A stretch of 64,000 bases of DNA from Candidatus Marinacidobacterales bacterium (GCA_965226495.1 OZ245365.1:4192001-4256000), one strand, 5' to 3'. Positions 47,446 to 56,959 are shown, numbered from the stretch's first letter. Numbers and translations: made by a program. Notes: generated from the letters alone by a model not told the origin.

Positions 47446-48315
47446 TCAAAATATGTCGAACTGCTTGGCTTCCTCGGCTCCCATCGCCAATTCGAGCGCT
47501 TTGTCTACGGCGGACTTGGCGTCCGGCGCGCGCTTGGTGTGCAACATCTTCATCGCGTAGCGCACGACGTTCATCCCGTCCCTAACGGTGTAGCGAAGAT
47601 CGGCTTCGTGCGCGGCCTGCAGGTAGGCAAGGACGTAGTTCAGCACATCGTCGTCGGCGAAAGGAATCTGCTCCTTCAGAATCGCGCGTTCTTCATCTTC
47701 TTCGGGGAAGTCCACATAGATTTGCGGCATCAGGCGCGAGTGGATGTACTCAGGAACCTCGTAGGTCGACGCGTCTTCGTTCATGGTGGTCACGAAACGA
47801 AATTCGTCATGAGCAGAGACCTTGACGCCGGCAACAAGACTCTCCGCGTAACGACGATGATCGAGAAGTGGTGCCAAAGAGGCCCAAGACTTCTCGCTCA
47901 TACGATTGGCCTCGTCGAGAACGCAAGCCCCGCCTCGAACCATAGCGCTTACCAGAGGAGAGGCCATGTACCGTACCCCACCAGCGGGATCGAGGACCGG
48001 CGAAACCAAGAGATCCTCCGGGCGCGTATCCATCGTCGCCTGCATGATGTAGACCTCCAGGCCTAGCTCCTGTGCGGCGGCGCACGCCAGAGTCGTTTTG
48101 CCGACGCCCGGCTTGCCGAGGAGACGCGGATGAAGAGGTACATCCTTCTCTTCGACACGGGTCCAGGCGGCCAGAAGCTGCAACAAAACTTCGCGCTGCC
48201 CCACCCACGTCGGAACTTTCTTTTCCGGCGAAGTGAGGTGAAGAGTCACCCCTTCGATCTCGATGGTCTTGGCTTTCTTAACCGGCTTCACTCTGTCCCC
48301 ACGCGCATCACCCAT
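47446..48315 (-). CDS. MoxR-type AAA+ ATPase (AAA_5)
   Basis: Walker A GKPGVGKT, Walker B VLDE, TMN sensor, SRL Arg finger. Confidence 0.85.
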   Translation of the reverse strand: MGDARGDRVKPVKKAKTIEIEGVTLHLTSPEKKVPTWVGQREVLLQLLAAWTRVEEKDVPLHPRLLGKPGVGKTTLACAAAQELGLEVYIMQATMDTRPEDLLVSPVLDPAGGVRYMASPLVSAMVRGGACVLDEANRMSEKSWASLAPLLDHRRYAESLVAGVKVSAHDEFRFVTTMNEDASTYEVPEYIHSRLMPQIYVDFPEEDEERAILKEQIPFADDDVLNYVLAYLQAAHEADLRYTVRDGMNVVRYAMKMLHTKRAPDAKSAVDKALELAMGAEEAKQFDIF

Positions 48316-48373
48316 TATTACACCCCAGGGAGGTTTATATCGCTTTCACGGGTTCTGAAACCATTCTCGTCTA

Positions 48374-48413
48374 GTGACTTGACAGGTCATATCAAAGTGA
48401 CTATTATGGACAT
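48374..48413 (+). promoter_or_regulatory. Leaderless sigma70 promoter overlapped by two operator palindromes
   Basis: TTGACA (48379)-N17-TATTAT (48402), ATG 6 nt later; GTGAC-N7-GTCAT and GTGAC-N7-GACAT. Confidence 0.7.
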
Positions 48414-48707
48414 ATGAAAAAGGCAGGAGTGGCCGAATTGAAAGCCCGTCTGACGACCTACCTCAAAAGAGTCAAAGCGGGAGACGAGGTTCTGATCACG
48501 GAGCGCGGGCAGCCCGTAGCGAAACTGGTGCCGCTCGACGGAGCGGAAAAGCGCGGTCCGCGGCGGGAGCGACTTGCGAAAGCCGGGCTGCTGCAGTTGG
48601 GCCGAGGTAGGGTACCGAAGTCCTGTTTGTCAGCGCCGGCTGGCCCGTCCAAGATCGGCGAGGAGGTGCTCGCGGCCCTTCTATCCGAGAGGGCAGAGGG
48701 CCGCTAG
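48414..48707 (+). CDS. vapB: Phd/YefM family antitoxin
   Basis: AGVAELKARL..YL..VKAG.EVLITERG.PVAKLVP. Confidence 0.9.
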   Translation: MKKAGVAELKARLTTYLKRVKAGDEVLITERGQPVAKLVPLDGAEKRGPRRERLAKAGLLQLGRGRVPKSCLSAPAGPSKIGEEVLAALLSERAEGR

Positions 48708-49130
48708 TTGTTCTGGGACAGCTCAGCGCTCGTTCCGCTCCTTCTACCTGAGCCGAGGTCTAACGAAATGGTTTCGCTCGCAAGCCTGGGCGAAGTCCCT
48801 GTTGTGTGGTGGGCCAGCCCGGTCGAATGCAAATCGGCTATCTACCGACGTCATCGGGAAGCGCCGATGCCGCGCTCAGTACTCGACATCGCCCTCGAGA
48901 GGTTGGCGTCCTTTTTCCTCTACGCCGATACAGTTCAAGCAACGGAGGAACTGCGCTCAAGAGCTGGGCGGCTGCTGGCCGTGCATCCGTTGCGGGCGGC
49001 GGATGCGTTGCAACTCGCGGCCGCCCTTGTCGCGTGCGCCGAAGAGCCGATCGGAGAAAAACTCGTTAGCCTGGATCAGCGGTTGCGTGAGGCGGCCATT
49101 CGAGAAGGCTTCGCGGTTATCCCTAACTGA
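48708..49130 (+). CDS. vapC: VapC PIN-domain toxin
   Basis: FWDSSALV, E, LRAADALQLA, SLD.RL. Confidence 0.9.
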   Translation: MFWDSSALVPLLLPEPRSNEMVSLASLGEVPVVWWASPVECKSAIYRRHREAPMPRSVLDIALERLASFFLYADTVQATEELRSRAGRLLAVHPLRAADALQLAAALVACAEEPIGEKLVSLDQRLREAAIREGFAVIPN

Positions 49131-50016
49131 GCCGTTGAGTGAGTGCAGCGCCGGGGACTTGGCCGGCGGCGTGATAGGAGCTTCGAACCAAAGGCCCGGA
49201 CTCGACGTGGCGAAAGCCAGTCCCTTCCCCGACGCGCTTCAGCTCGCGAAACTCGTCGGGGTGATAAAAGCGCTCAACCGGTAGGTGTTCCTTGGTTGGC
49301 TGGAGATATTGGCCGATCGTAAACACTTCGACGCGAGCCTGTACTAGTTCTTTCATGACACCCACGATCTCGTCAAAGTCCTCACCCAGCCCGACCATGA
49401 TTCCCGTCTTGCTCACGACTTCGGGAGCAAGCGTCTTGGCGCGCTCTAGCAGTTCTATCGACTGAGAATAGTTGGCTCCCGGTCGCACCCGCTTATAGAG
49501 GCGGGGGACGGTCTCGACGTTGTGGTTCAAAATCTCGGGTCGAGCCGTCAACACTCTTTCAAGGGCTGGCTTCGAACCTTTGAAGTCCGGTATCAAGACT
49601 TCGATGGTGGTATCCGGATTGTCGCGCCTCACGGCTTCGATGGTGCGGGCGAAGATAGTAGCGCCGCCGTCCGGTAGCTCATCGCGATTGACCGAAGTGA
49701 TCACCACGTGTCGCAAACCCATAGCCTTCACCGCCGCGGCGACACGAGACGGCTCGTTCAAATCGAGCGTGGTGGGCAATCCGGTGGTCACGGCGCAGAA
49801 GCCGCAGGCCCGAGTACAGATCTCACCCAGAATCATGAAGGTAGCGGTCCCCTGCCCCCAGCATTCGGCCACATTGGGACATCGGGCCTCCTCGCAAACA
49901 GTGTGGAGATTGTGCTCCCGCATCACCGACTTGAGGCGCGTGTAGTTTTCCCCGCCGGGGAGCCTTACCCGGAGCCAATCCGGCCGAGGGGATTTCGTAG
50001 CTACCATTGCCACCAT
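49123..50016 (-). CDS. lipA: Lipoyl synthase
   Basis: CEEARCPNVAEC, CTRACGFC, PLVRSSY. Confidence 0.96.
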   Translation of the reverse strand: MVAMVATKSPRPDWLRVRLPGGENYTRLKSVMREHNLHTVCEEARCPNVAECWGQGTATFMILGEICTRACGFCAVTTGLPTTLDLNEPSRVAAAVKAMGLRHVVITSVNRDELPDGGATIFARTIEAVRRDNPDTTIEVLIPDFKGSKPALERVLTARPEILNHNVETVPRLYKRVRPGANYSQSIELLERAKTLAPEVVSKTGIMVGLGEDFDEIVGVMKELVQARVEVFTIGQYLQPTKEHLPVERFYHPDEFRELKRVGEGTGFRHVESGPLVRSSYHAAGQVPGAALTQRLS

Positions 50017-50021
50017 TCTAT

Positions 50022-51325
50022 AGAGATCTAGACAGGATGGAAACGCGGGAGGTCGCCGGCTACGGGCAAGCGCTTCCGCCGAGAGGAATCGATCTTCCCT
50101 TGGATGAAAGCAACACCGAACGTCCGCTCAGCAGTTAGACGATTGTGTGGTCCGCAGTGAAGGCGCAGATTCCGCTCGGCGTGGCTGCCATTCAAGGCAA
50201 AGGCCCGCAAGTGCTCGACTTCGAGTCCCGTGCGTGCACGACACCGGGTCCGGTCTTGACCCCGGAATTCACACTGGTAGTCGGCCCGATCTTGAACGCG
50301 CTCCCGGACCTCAGAAGGTATGTAGCGGGACCTCGCGGAAACCTTGTCCAGACGGGATTTTTTGTTACTTTTCGACACCCTCTGGAGTCGCCGTTCACGC
50401 TTCCTCTTCAGATCTTTCTTGTCGAGCGCGATATCCAGGGCCTGCTCCATGATCTCGGCCATGCGTTGCTGGGAGTTTTCGACACCGAGGACCTCAGCCA
50501 GCCGCTCGAACTTCTCCTTAAACTTTCGGTCGGCGGCGAAGCGGAAATTGAACACCTCCGGCTTGGCGGGCTCGAGGATAGTCGGTGACACCCACGGAGT
50601 CGGGCGCGCTTTCTGAACCGGCAGCGGCTGGGGCGCCGGCATGGTTGGCACCTTCCTAACCGAGGGCGCGAAGACGGGCTTGGGTCGGAGCGCGATAAGG
50701 TGCTCCTCTGCCTCTCGTTTGGTCATTCCAGCACAATCCCCAAGAAGCTTCTCGACGTTGCTCTCGGTGAGAACAGGGGCGAGGAGACCCGCCACGGTGA
50801 GACTCAATCGGTTCTCAGCTAACGCCACGAGTAACTGAGGGAACCGTCTCGACACATTAGCCACCTGAATCCGCCGGGCGACCGAGCCTTCGCTCAGATT
50901 CAATCGCTCGGTACAGTACGCGAACAGACTCTTATACCCACGTTGCAGATAGCCCTTTCTTCTCGACATCTCCGCGATGTGAGCGATGATGAGCGCTACG
51001 TTTCGCTTCTCTGCACGGACCCGCTGCTCGGTTGAGCGGTCGAGCTCTTCGGTGGATAGACTTTCGAGCGTTTCGAAGTATGTCTTTACTTTTTCGATCA
51101 TGGCCGTTGCCCCCTCTCCTAAATATAGCAACGGACTTTTTTGTAGCCTCAGTGGTCTTGGGCGAGTAGCAAACGGACTCAGTCTAAAAAATACTCAAGA
51201 TTGTAGAGAAAGGGTGCGAGAGGGCACGTGTGGGTTTCCTGAAGGTAACTGTGCTAATAGCTCTTTGCTTTTCGATTTCGTATCACGAAACTTGTCAAGT
51301 CTTTCTTGATCTTTTTTTCCGCTGC
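50022..51325 (-). mobile_element. HNH-endonuclease-only insertion with TTCTAT target duplication
   Basis: TTCTAT at 50016-50021 and 51326-51331; removal abuts the E2 stop and lipA start. Confidence 0.6.
50028..51101 (-). CDS. DUF222-like protein with C-terminal HNH endonuclease
   Basis: GYKSLFAYCTERLNLSEGS..RRI; SRYIP..V..R..QC..C..EH..G..NLRLHCGPHN; AGGAGAGG RBS. Confidence 0.8.
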   Translation of the reverse strand: MIEKVKTYFETLESLSTEELDRSTEQRVRAEKRNVALIIAHIAEMSRRKGYLQRGYKSLFAYCTERLNLSEGSVARRIQVANVSRRFPQLLVALAENRLSLTVAGLLAPVLTESNVEKLLGDCAGMTKREAEEHLIALRPKPVFAPSVRKVPTMPAPQPLPVQKARPTPWVSPTILEPAKPEVFNFRFAADRKFKEKFERLAEVLGVENSQQRMAEIMEQALDIALDKKDLKRKRERRLQRVSKSNKKSRLDKVSARSRYIPSEVRERVQDRADYQCEFRGQDRTRCRARTGLEVEHLRAFALNGSHAERNLRLHCGPHNRLTAERTFGVAFIQGKIDSSRRKRLPVAGDLPRFHPV

Positions 51326-51331
51326 TTCTAT

Positions 51332-52669
51332 CTACAAAATCTTCTCATCCCAGGTCTCGAGCTTCTTCCTCAGTTCGGCCATGAACTGATCCCCAACCGC
51401 GCCGTCGATGACGCGATGATCAAAAGTCAACGACAAGTAGATCATTGAACGGACTGCTATGGCGTCGTTCACAACGACGGGGCGCTTGTGAATCCCTCCT
51501 AGGCCCAGAATCGCAACCTCGGGCTGATTAATGATGGGCGTGCCGTAAAGGGCTCCGAAGGGGCCGGGATTCGTGACCGTGAAGGTCCCACCCTGAACCT
51601 CTTCCGGCTGGAGCTTCTTTTCCCGCGCCCGCGTCGCCAGATCGTTGACCGTTCGCTGCAAACCGAGGAAGCTCTTCTCGTCGGCGCGATGAAGTACGGG
51701 CACGATGAGTCCCCAATCGAGAGCGACGGCGATCCCGATATTGAGATCCTTCTTATAAATAATGTTGCTTCCATCCAAGGAAGAGTTCACGATCGGAAAC
51801 GCCTTCAGCCCGTGGAGCACGGCCCGGATGAAAAAAGGCATGTAGGTGAGCTTGACGCCTTCCTCCCGCTCGAAGCGTCCTCTGCTCTCCTGGCGCAGTT
51901 TCACGACCCTAGTCATGTCTGCTTCCCAGACGGTTGAGACATGCGCCGACGTCCGCCGCGACATGACCATGTGCTCGGCAATGGACTTGCGCATCACGCT
52001 CATCGGCTCCGAACGCACCCGACCTGTATAACCGGCGGTGGGAGAAGGTACAGGCGCAGCTGCCAAAGGCACGGCTCGGGTGGGCTCGGGGGGCGGTGGC
52101 GCGATCGCTTCGGCGGGAGCGGGAGCAGCAGCAGCAGGGGGCGCGCCTTGCTCCAAGAAACTCGAAATATCCTGCTTGGTGATTCGTCCTCCGGCACCGG
52201 TGCCTTGAATCTGCGACAGATCGGTGTTGTGCTCCCGCGCCATCCGTCGAACTAGAGGGGACGAGCGTTGGCGATCACCGACGGCGGCTTCGGCAGACGT
52301 TGGTTCCGGAGCCCCCTCCTTAGGTGGAGCCGCCACTTCAGGTGGAGCCGCCACTTCGCTCGGGACCTCGACCGTTGGCTGCGTGGTAGCCAAGGAGGGC
52401 TCGGCGGCCACGGACTCTACGGCCTCCCCCGCCTCACCACCGATGACACCCACCACCGTATTGATGGGCACCGTCTCGCCTTCTCCGACCTTTATCTCGG
52501 TGAGCACTCCGGCCGTCGGCGAAGGGATCTCGGTATCGACTTTGTCGGTCGAGATCTCGAAGAGCGGCTCGTCCCGCTCGACGTGATCGCCGGCCTTCTT
52601 GTACCATTTGGTGATCGTTCCCTCGGCGATGCTTTCGCCCATTTGGGGCATGATGATCGGTGTCGCCAT
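51332..52669 (-). CDS. 2-oxoacid dehydrogenase E2 dihydrolipoamide acyltransferase
   Basis: Lipoyl STDKV, PSBD SPLVRR..GTGAGGRIT, DHRVIDG. Confidence 0.93.
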   Translation of the reverse strand: MATPIIMPQMGESIAEGTITKWYKKAGDHVERDEPLFEISTDKVDTEIPSPTAGVLTEIKVGEGETVPINTVVGVIGGEAGEAVESVAAEPSLATTQPTVEVPSEVAAPPEVAAPPKEGAPEPTSAEAAVGDRQRSSPLVRRMAREHNTDLSQIQGTGAGGRITKQDISSFLEQGAPPAAAAPAPAEAIAPPPPEPTRAVPLAAAPVPSPTAGYTGRVRSEPMSVMRKSIAEHMVMSRRTSAHVSTVWEADMTRVVKLRQESRGRFEREEGVKLTYMPFFIRAVLHGLKAFPIVNSSLDGSNIIYKKDLNIGIAVALDWGLIVPVLHRADEKSFLGLQRTVNDLATRAREKKLQPEEVQGGTFTVTNPGPFGALYGTPIINQPEVAILGLGGIHKRPVVVNDAIAVRSMIYLSLTFDHRVIDGAVGDQFMAELRKKLETWDEKIL

Positions 52670-52762
52670 CGGTCCTTTTCCTCCAATGCATCAGTGCGCG
52701 CTTCGTTCGCGCGCCTGGCGCCTCGCTCCTCGCTCGGTGGTTCGTCGGCCCACTCGGCCCGG

Positions 52763-52806
52763 GCTCGCTCCTTCATCAATGCGGCGGGGCCCCACCCCCA
52801 CCGCCG
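52763..52806. repeat. Intergenic REP-like element, copy 1
   Basis: gctcgctccttcatcaatgcggcggggccccacccccaccgcc; related copy at 56981-57022. Confidence 0.7.
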
Positions 52807-52862
52807 TCCAGCTGATAGCTCCTCGCGCAGGGTGCCGTGAATTCCTTAGCACCCTGCTAGGT

Positions 52863-53837
52863 TTAGTAGGCCGCTAGTTTGCGGGCCGCCTCGACCACGT
52901 CGGTCACTTGCGGTATAAACGCATCCTCGAGCTCGGCGCTATAGGGTACCGGCGTATCCGGCGCCGTGATCCTGAGGATCGGGCCATCCAAGTCCTCGAA
53001 CGCTTCCTCGGAAATGACTGCGGAGATCTCGCCCGCCATCCCGCCGGTGCGGGTGTCTTCATGGAGGATCATGACTTTGTTGACCCGCCGCACGGATTCC
53101 AGGATCGTCTCCCGATCGAGGGGTACTAGGCTCCTCAAGTCGATCACCTCGAGCTCGACCCCCTCCTTTTCTAGTACCTCCGCTGCCTCGAGAGCGACGT
53201 GCACCATCGCTCCGTAGGTGATCAGGACGATGTCCCTACCGGTCCGTCGCACCGCAGCCTGTCCGATGGGTACGGTGAAATCTTCACTGGGCAGCTCTTC
53301 CTTTATCCTCCGATAAAGATACTTATGCTCCAGGTACAGTACCGGATCTTCGTCCCGCACGGCAGCCTTCATCAACCCCTTTGCGTCGTGCACCGTGGCT
53401 GGCGCCACTACCTTCAGCCCCGGCGTGTGAACGAAATGCATCTCTGGATTCTGAGAGTGAAACGGTCCGGCGCGCACCCCGCCACCCGCCGGGCCACGTA
53501 GCACGATGGGTACACCTGCTCCCCAACGGTATCGACTCTTGGCGGCGAAATTAGTGATCATGTTGAAGGCATTGGCGATGAAGTCGATGAACTGAAACTC
53601 CACGATCGGCCGCAAGCCCATATAGGCGGCGCCAATCGCGACGCCGGTGTAGCCTTCTTCACTAATCGGCGTGTCGATCACCCGGTCTCCGCCGAACTTC
53701 TCGAGAAAACCCTTTGTTACCTTGAAGGCACCACCGTAGACCCCGATGTCTTCACCTAGTATGAGAACACGCTCGTCGCGCTCCATCTCCTCCCACATGG
53801 CTTGACGGATCGCCTCGAGGTAAGTGATTTCGGCCAT
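52863..53837 (-). CDS. 2-oxoacid dehydrogenase E1 beta subunit
   Basis: GEDIG..GG.F, DTPISE, EFQF.DF, GPFHSQ. Confidence 0.93.
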   Translation of the reverse strand: MAEITYLEAIRQAMWEEMERDERVLILGEDIGVYGGAFKVTKGFLEKFGGDRVIDTPISEEGYTGVAIGAAYMGLRPIVEFQFIDFIANAFNMITNFAAKSRYRWGAGVPIVLRGPAGGGVRAGPFHSQNPEMHFVHTPGLKVVAPATVHDAKGLMKAAVRDEDPVLYLEHKYLYRRIKEELPSEDFTVPIGQAAVRRTGRDIVLITYGAMVHVALEAAEVLEKEGVELEVIDLRSLVPLDRETILESVRRVNKVMILHEDTRTGGMAGEISAVISEEAFEDLDGPILRITAPDTPVPYSAELEDAFIPQVTDVVEAARKLAAY

Positions 53838-53840
53838 GAT

Positions 53841-54884
53841 CTAACTGGAACCGCTTTCTACCGGAGCCGACGTTTGATGAAAGACCCCATCGCCCACCGG
53901 CGTAGCCTCCGTAACCATTGGCGCGGGCTCTTGCTCGGCCCGAGCAACGTCCTCGCCAATGACGCTCGCGACGCGAGCGAGAATGACCTCTTGCTCTCCG
54001 CGTTGGATCTGGGCGTGCTCGACGAGAAAGGCTTCGAACTGCTCCACCGGATCGGTCAACGCGTCGTCTCCCAGTGCTAGTTTCTGCTGGCCGTCGTCCT
54101 CGTTAGCAGCGCCAACTTCCCTCTGCAGGGGAAAGACATCCTCGCGCATGCTGAATCGAGACCGACCCGCTGCGCTTGCTTCGATCAGAGACGGTCCTTT
54201 TCCGGATCGCGCGCGATCGACGGCTGCGTCTACGACCTGTAACACTTGCAGCACATCGTTTCCATCTACCATAACCGTGGGTAGACCGTACGCCTTTAGC
54301 CGCTCGTAGTGACGCTGACCGGCGGGTGCATGAGTTGCGGGCGCACGCGAACCGACGGGCGTTTTCTCGACCACCACCACCAGCGGAACATCGTGCACCA
54401 CGGCGAAGTTGACACCCTCGTGAAAATCACCGGTGGCCACGGCCCGGTCACTCACCATCGCTAACGCTACCGAATCCTTCTTCTGCACCTTTGCGGCGTA
54501 GCCTACACCGGCCATAACCCCCAAGTGTGTGGCCAGGTGTCCGCTAGGCCCCACCAGTCCGCGACCCACGTCCCCGAACTGTATCGAGCCATCGCGACCA
54601 TGTGTCGGACTCGCCTGTTTCCCCATGAAGTGCGAGAGGACCTCGTAGGGACGGACTCCACGCGCGAGCAAAGCGCCGTTACAGGGAATCGCGGAGGAGA
54701 AAAAATCACAAGTCTCCAAAGGGTAGGCGGCTCCTAAACTGAGCGCCTCCTGTCCGGTGCTAATGGGAAGCGCCCCCACTAGTTTCCCGGCGCGGAAGAG
54801 TCGAACCAGCTCTTCCTCGAGGCTGCGATTGAGCTTCAGATAATAGTAAAGCTCATGAAGTTGTTGCTTGCCAAACCTCGACAT
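53841..54884 (-). CDS. E1 alpha subunit homologue with degenerate TPP-binding and catalytic motifs
   Basis: GQEA, FHEG.NFA, VDGNDV, GP.LIE retained; GDG..NN replaced by SDR..KT; R..GH loop absent. Confidence 0.8.
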   Translation of the reverse strand: MSRFGKQQLHELYYYLKLNRSLEEELVRLFRAGKLVGALPISTGQEALSLGAAYPLETCDFFSSAIPCNGALLARGVRPYEVLSHFMGKQASPTHGRDGSIQFGDVGRGLVGPSGHLATHLGVMAGVGYAAKVQKKDSVALAMVSDRAVATGDFHEGVNFAVVHDVPLVVVVEKTPVGSRAPATHAPAGQRHYERLKAYGLPTVMVDGNDVLQVLQVVDAAVDRARSGKGPSLIEASAAGRSRFSMREDVFPLQREVGAANEDDGQQKLALGDDALTDPVEQFEAFLVEHAQIQRGEQEVILARVASVIGEDVARAEQEPAPMVTEATPVGDGVFHQTSAPVESGSS

Positions 54885-55563
54885 GAGATTCCTGGAGAAA
54901 GTTCTCGAACGTGCCGGCGAGCATCACTCTGTCGAAGACCCGCCCGAACTCGGAGCACAGTGCATCGGCCACTCCACTGGCTGGCACCGCACCGCCCAAC
55001 ACACTTTGCATCGAAGCAACTTCGCGGCCGACGATACCACACGGGACTATGCGTTTGAAGTAGCTGAGGTCGGTGGTAACGTTGAGAGCGAAACCATGGG
55101 ATGTCACCCATCGCGAGACACGCACCCCGATGGCGGCGAGCTTTCCCTGCTGATGCCAAACACCGGTGAGACCCTCTTGACGCCGGCCCTCGATCCCGAA
55201 CCGGGCGACGGTGCGGATGAGCACTTCCTCGAGACGCCTCAAATAAAGATGGACGTCTGGCTGGGACTCCTTGAGATCTAAGATCGGATAGCCCACGAGC
55301 TGACCATGACCGTGAAACGTGATATCGCCTCCCCGGTCGGTAAGAACGAAGGTAGCGCCCAGCCGTTCCAGCTCACGCTCGTCAGCGAGGAGGTGCTCTC
55401 TCTTTCCGGCCCGGCCTAAGGTGTACGTAGGCGGATGCTCGACGAGAAGAAGAACGTCTGGAATATCGCCAACCTGGCGGCGCTTTACCAGTTGACGCTG
55501 AAGCTCCCAGACCTCGTGATAACCGAGACGGCCTAGGTCAATCCGCCAGCAGATCTTAGGCAT
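54853..55563 (-). CDS. lipB: Octanoyltransferase
   Basis: EHPPTYTLG, RGGDITFHG, K.AAIG, HGFALNV, IVPCG. Confidence 0.95.
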   Translation of the reverse strand: MPKICWRIDLGRLGYHEVWELQRQLVKRRQVGDIPDVLLLVEHPPTYTLGRAGKREHLLADERELERLGATFVLTDRGGDITFHGHGQLVGYPILDLKESQPDVHLYLRRLEEVLIRTVARFGIEGRRQEGLTGVWHQQGKLAAIGVRVSRWVTSHGFALNVTTDLSYFKRIVPCGIVGREVASMQSVLGGAVPASGVADALCSEFGRVFDRVMLAGTFENFLQESHVEVWQATTS

Positions 55564-56959
55564 GAATCGGCAGGTCCTCCGCAGCGTGCGCCGCTTCCAT
55601 GACGGATTCCGAAAGCGTCGGGTGTGCGTGAACCGAACGCATCAGCGACTCAGCGGTGGCTTCGTGCTCGAGGGCCACCACCGCCTCCGCAATGAGGTCC
55701 GTGGCGTGTGGTCCAATGATGTGAACTCCGAGCAGCTCGTCGTACTTCGCTTCGCTGACGATCTTCACGAACCCTTCACGTTCTTCCAAGATGCTGGCCT
55801 TGCTATTGGCGGCGAAAGGAAATCGACCCACTTGGACGTCGTATCCCCTCTCTTTGGCGGTGGCTTCGGTGATCCCAACGCTTGCCACTTCCGGTGAACA
55901 GTAGGTAGCGCTCGGCATGTGCTCGTAATTCATCGGCCTTACCTCACGGCCGGCGATCTTCTCGACCGCAAGAATCCCTTCCGCCGAACCCACATGGGCC
56001 AGTTGTTGCGATGGAACGATGTCACCGATGGCGAACACGTTACTCGCAGACGTCTCCATGAAGCCGTTGACCGGAACAAAGCCCCTTTCCGTTTCGATAC
56101 CGATCCGCTCCAATCCGATCCCTTCGGTGCGCGGCTTCCGGCCGACGGCGACGAGAAGCTTCTCCACGGTGCGGACTCCCGTCTTCCCGTCAGGTGCGGT
56201 GAAGGTGATGGTCACCGCGTTTCCTTCGTTCTTGACGGATTCCACTCTTGTTCCGGTAAGCGTCTCGATGCCCCGCTTCTTGAATGACTTTGCCAACTCG
56301 TCGGAGATCTCCTCGTCCTCCAACGGCAAGATGCGCGGCAACATCTCGAGCAGCGTGACATCGGTGCCGAAGCTGGCGAACATCGATGCGAACTCGACCC
56401 CCACCGCCCCAGCGCCGATAACCGCGAGCGACTTCGGCTGTGCAGGTAACGACAAGATTTCATTATTGGTAAGAATGTTTTGGCCGTCGATCTCGATGCC
56501 CGGGAGACTCCGGGGCTCGGATCCGGTCGCAATAACAATGTTGCGTGCGTATACGGCCTGGACGCCGTCGTCTCCTTTGATCTCGACCTTGCCGGCGCCG
56601 GCGATGACGCCAAACCCCTTGACCGTCTCGACCTTGTTCTTTTTTAGGAGGAAACCGACTCCCCCAGAGAGCCTCTTGACGACCCTTTCTTTGCGTTTCT
56701 GGAGCGCCGCCCAATCGAGGCGGACATTCTCCACAACCACACCGAAATCACGTGCGTGCTTGAGCTGGTCCAGAAGGTCCGCGGTATGAAGGAGCGCCTT
56801 GGTAGGTATGCAGCCCACGTGGAGGCAGGTGCCTCCGAAGACACCGTCTTTCTCCACAACCATCGTTTTGAGCCCCAGCTGGCCGGCCCGAATCGCAGCC
56901 ACATAGCCACCAGGACCGCTTCCGATCACCACCACGTCAAATACGGTTTCTTGCGCCAT
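55556..56959 (-). CDS. lpdA: Dihydrolipoyl dehydrogenase (E3)
   Basis: GSGPGG, GGTCLHVGCIP, GAGAVG.E, HAHPTLSE. Confidence 0.96.
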   Translation of the reverse strand: MAQETVFDVVVIGSGPGGYVAAIRAGQLGLKTMVVEKDGVFGGTCLHVGCIPTKALLHTADLLDQLKHARDFGVVVENVRLDWAALQKRKERVVKRLSGGVGFLLKKNKVETVKGFGVIAGAGKVEIKGDDGVQAVYARNIVIATGSEPRSLPGIEIDGQNILTNNEILSLPAQPKSLAVIGAGAVGVEFASMFASFGTDVTLLEMLPRILPLEDEEISDELAKSFKKRGIETLTGTRVESVKNEGNAVTITFTAPDGKTGVRTVEKLLVAVGRKPRTEGIGLERIGIETERGFVPVNGFMETSASNVFAIGDIVPSQQLAHVGSAEGILAVEKIAGREVRPMNYEHMPSATYCSPEVASVGITEATAKERGYDVQVGRFPFAANSKASILEEREGFVKIVSEAKYDELLGVHIIGPHATDLIAEAVVALEHEATAESLMRSVHAHPTLSESVMEAAHAAEDLPIHA

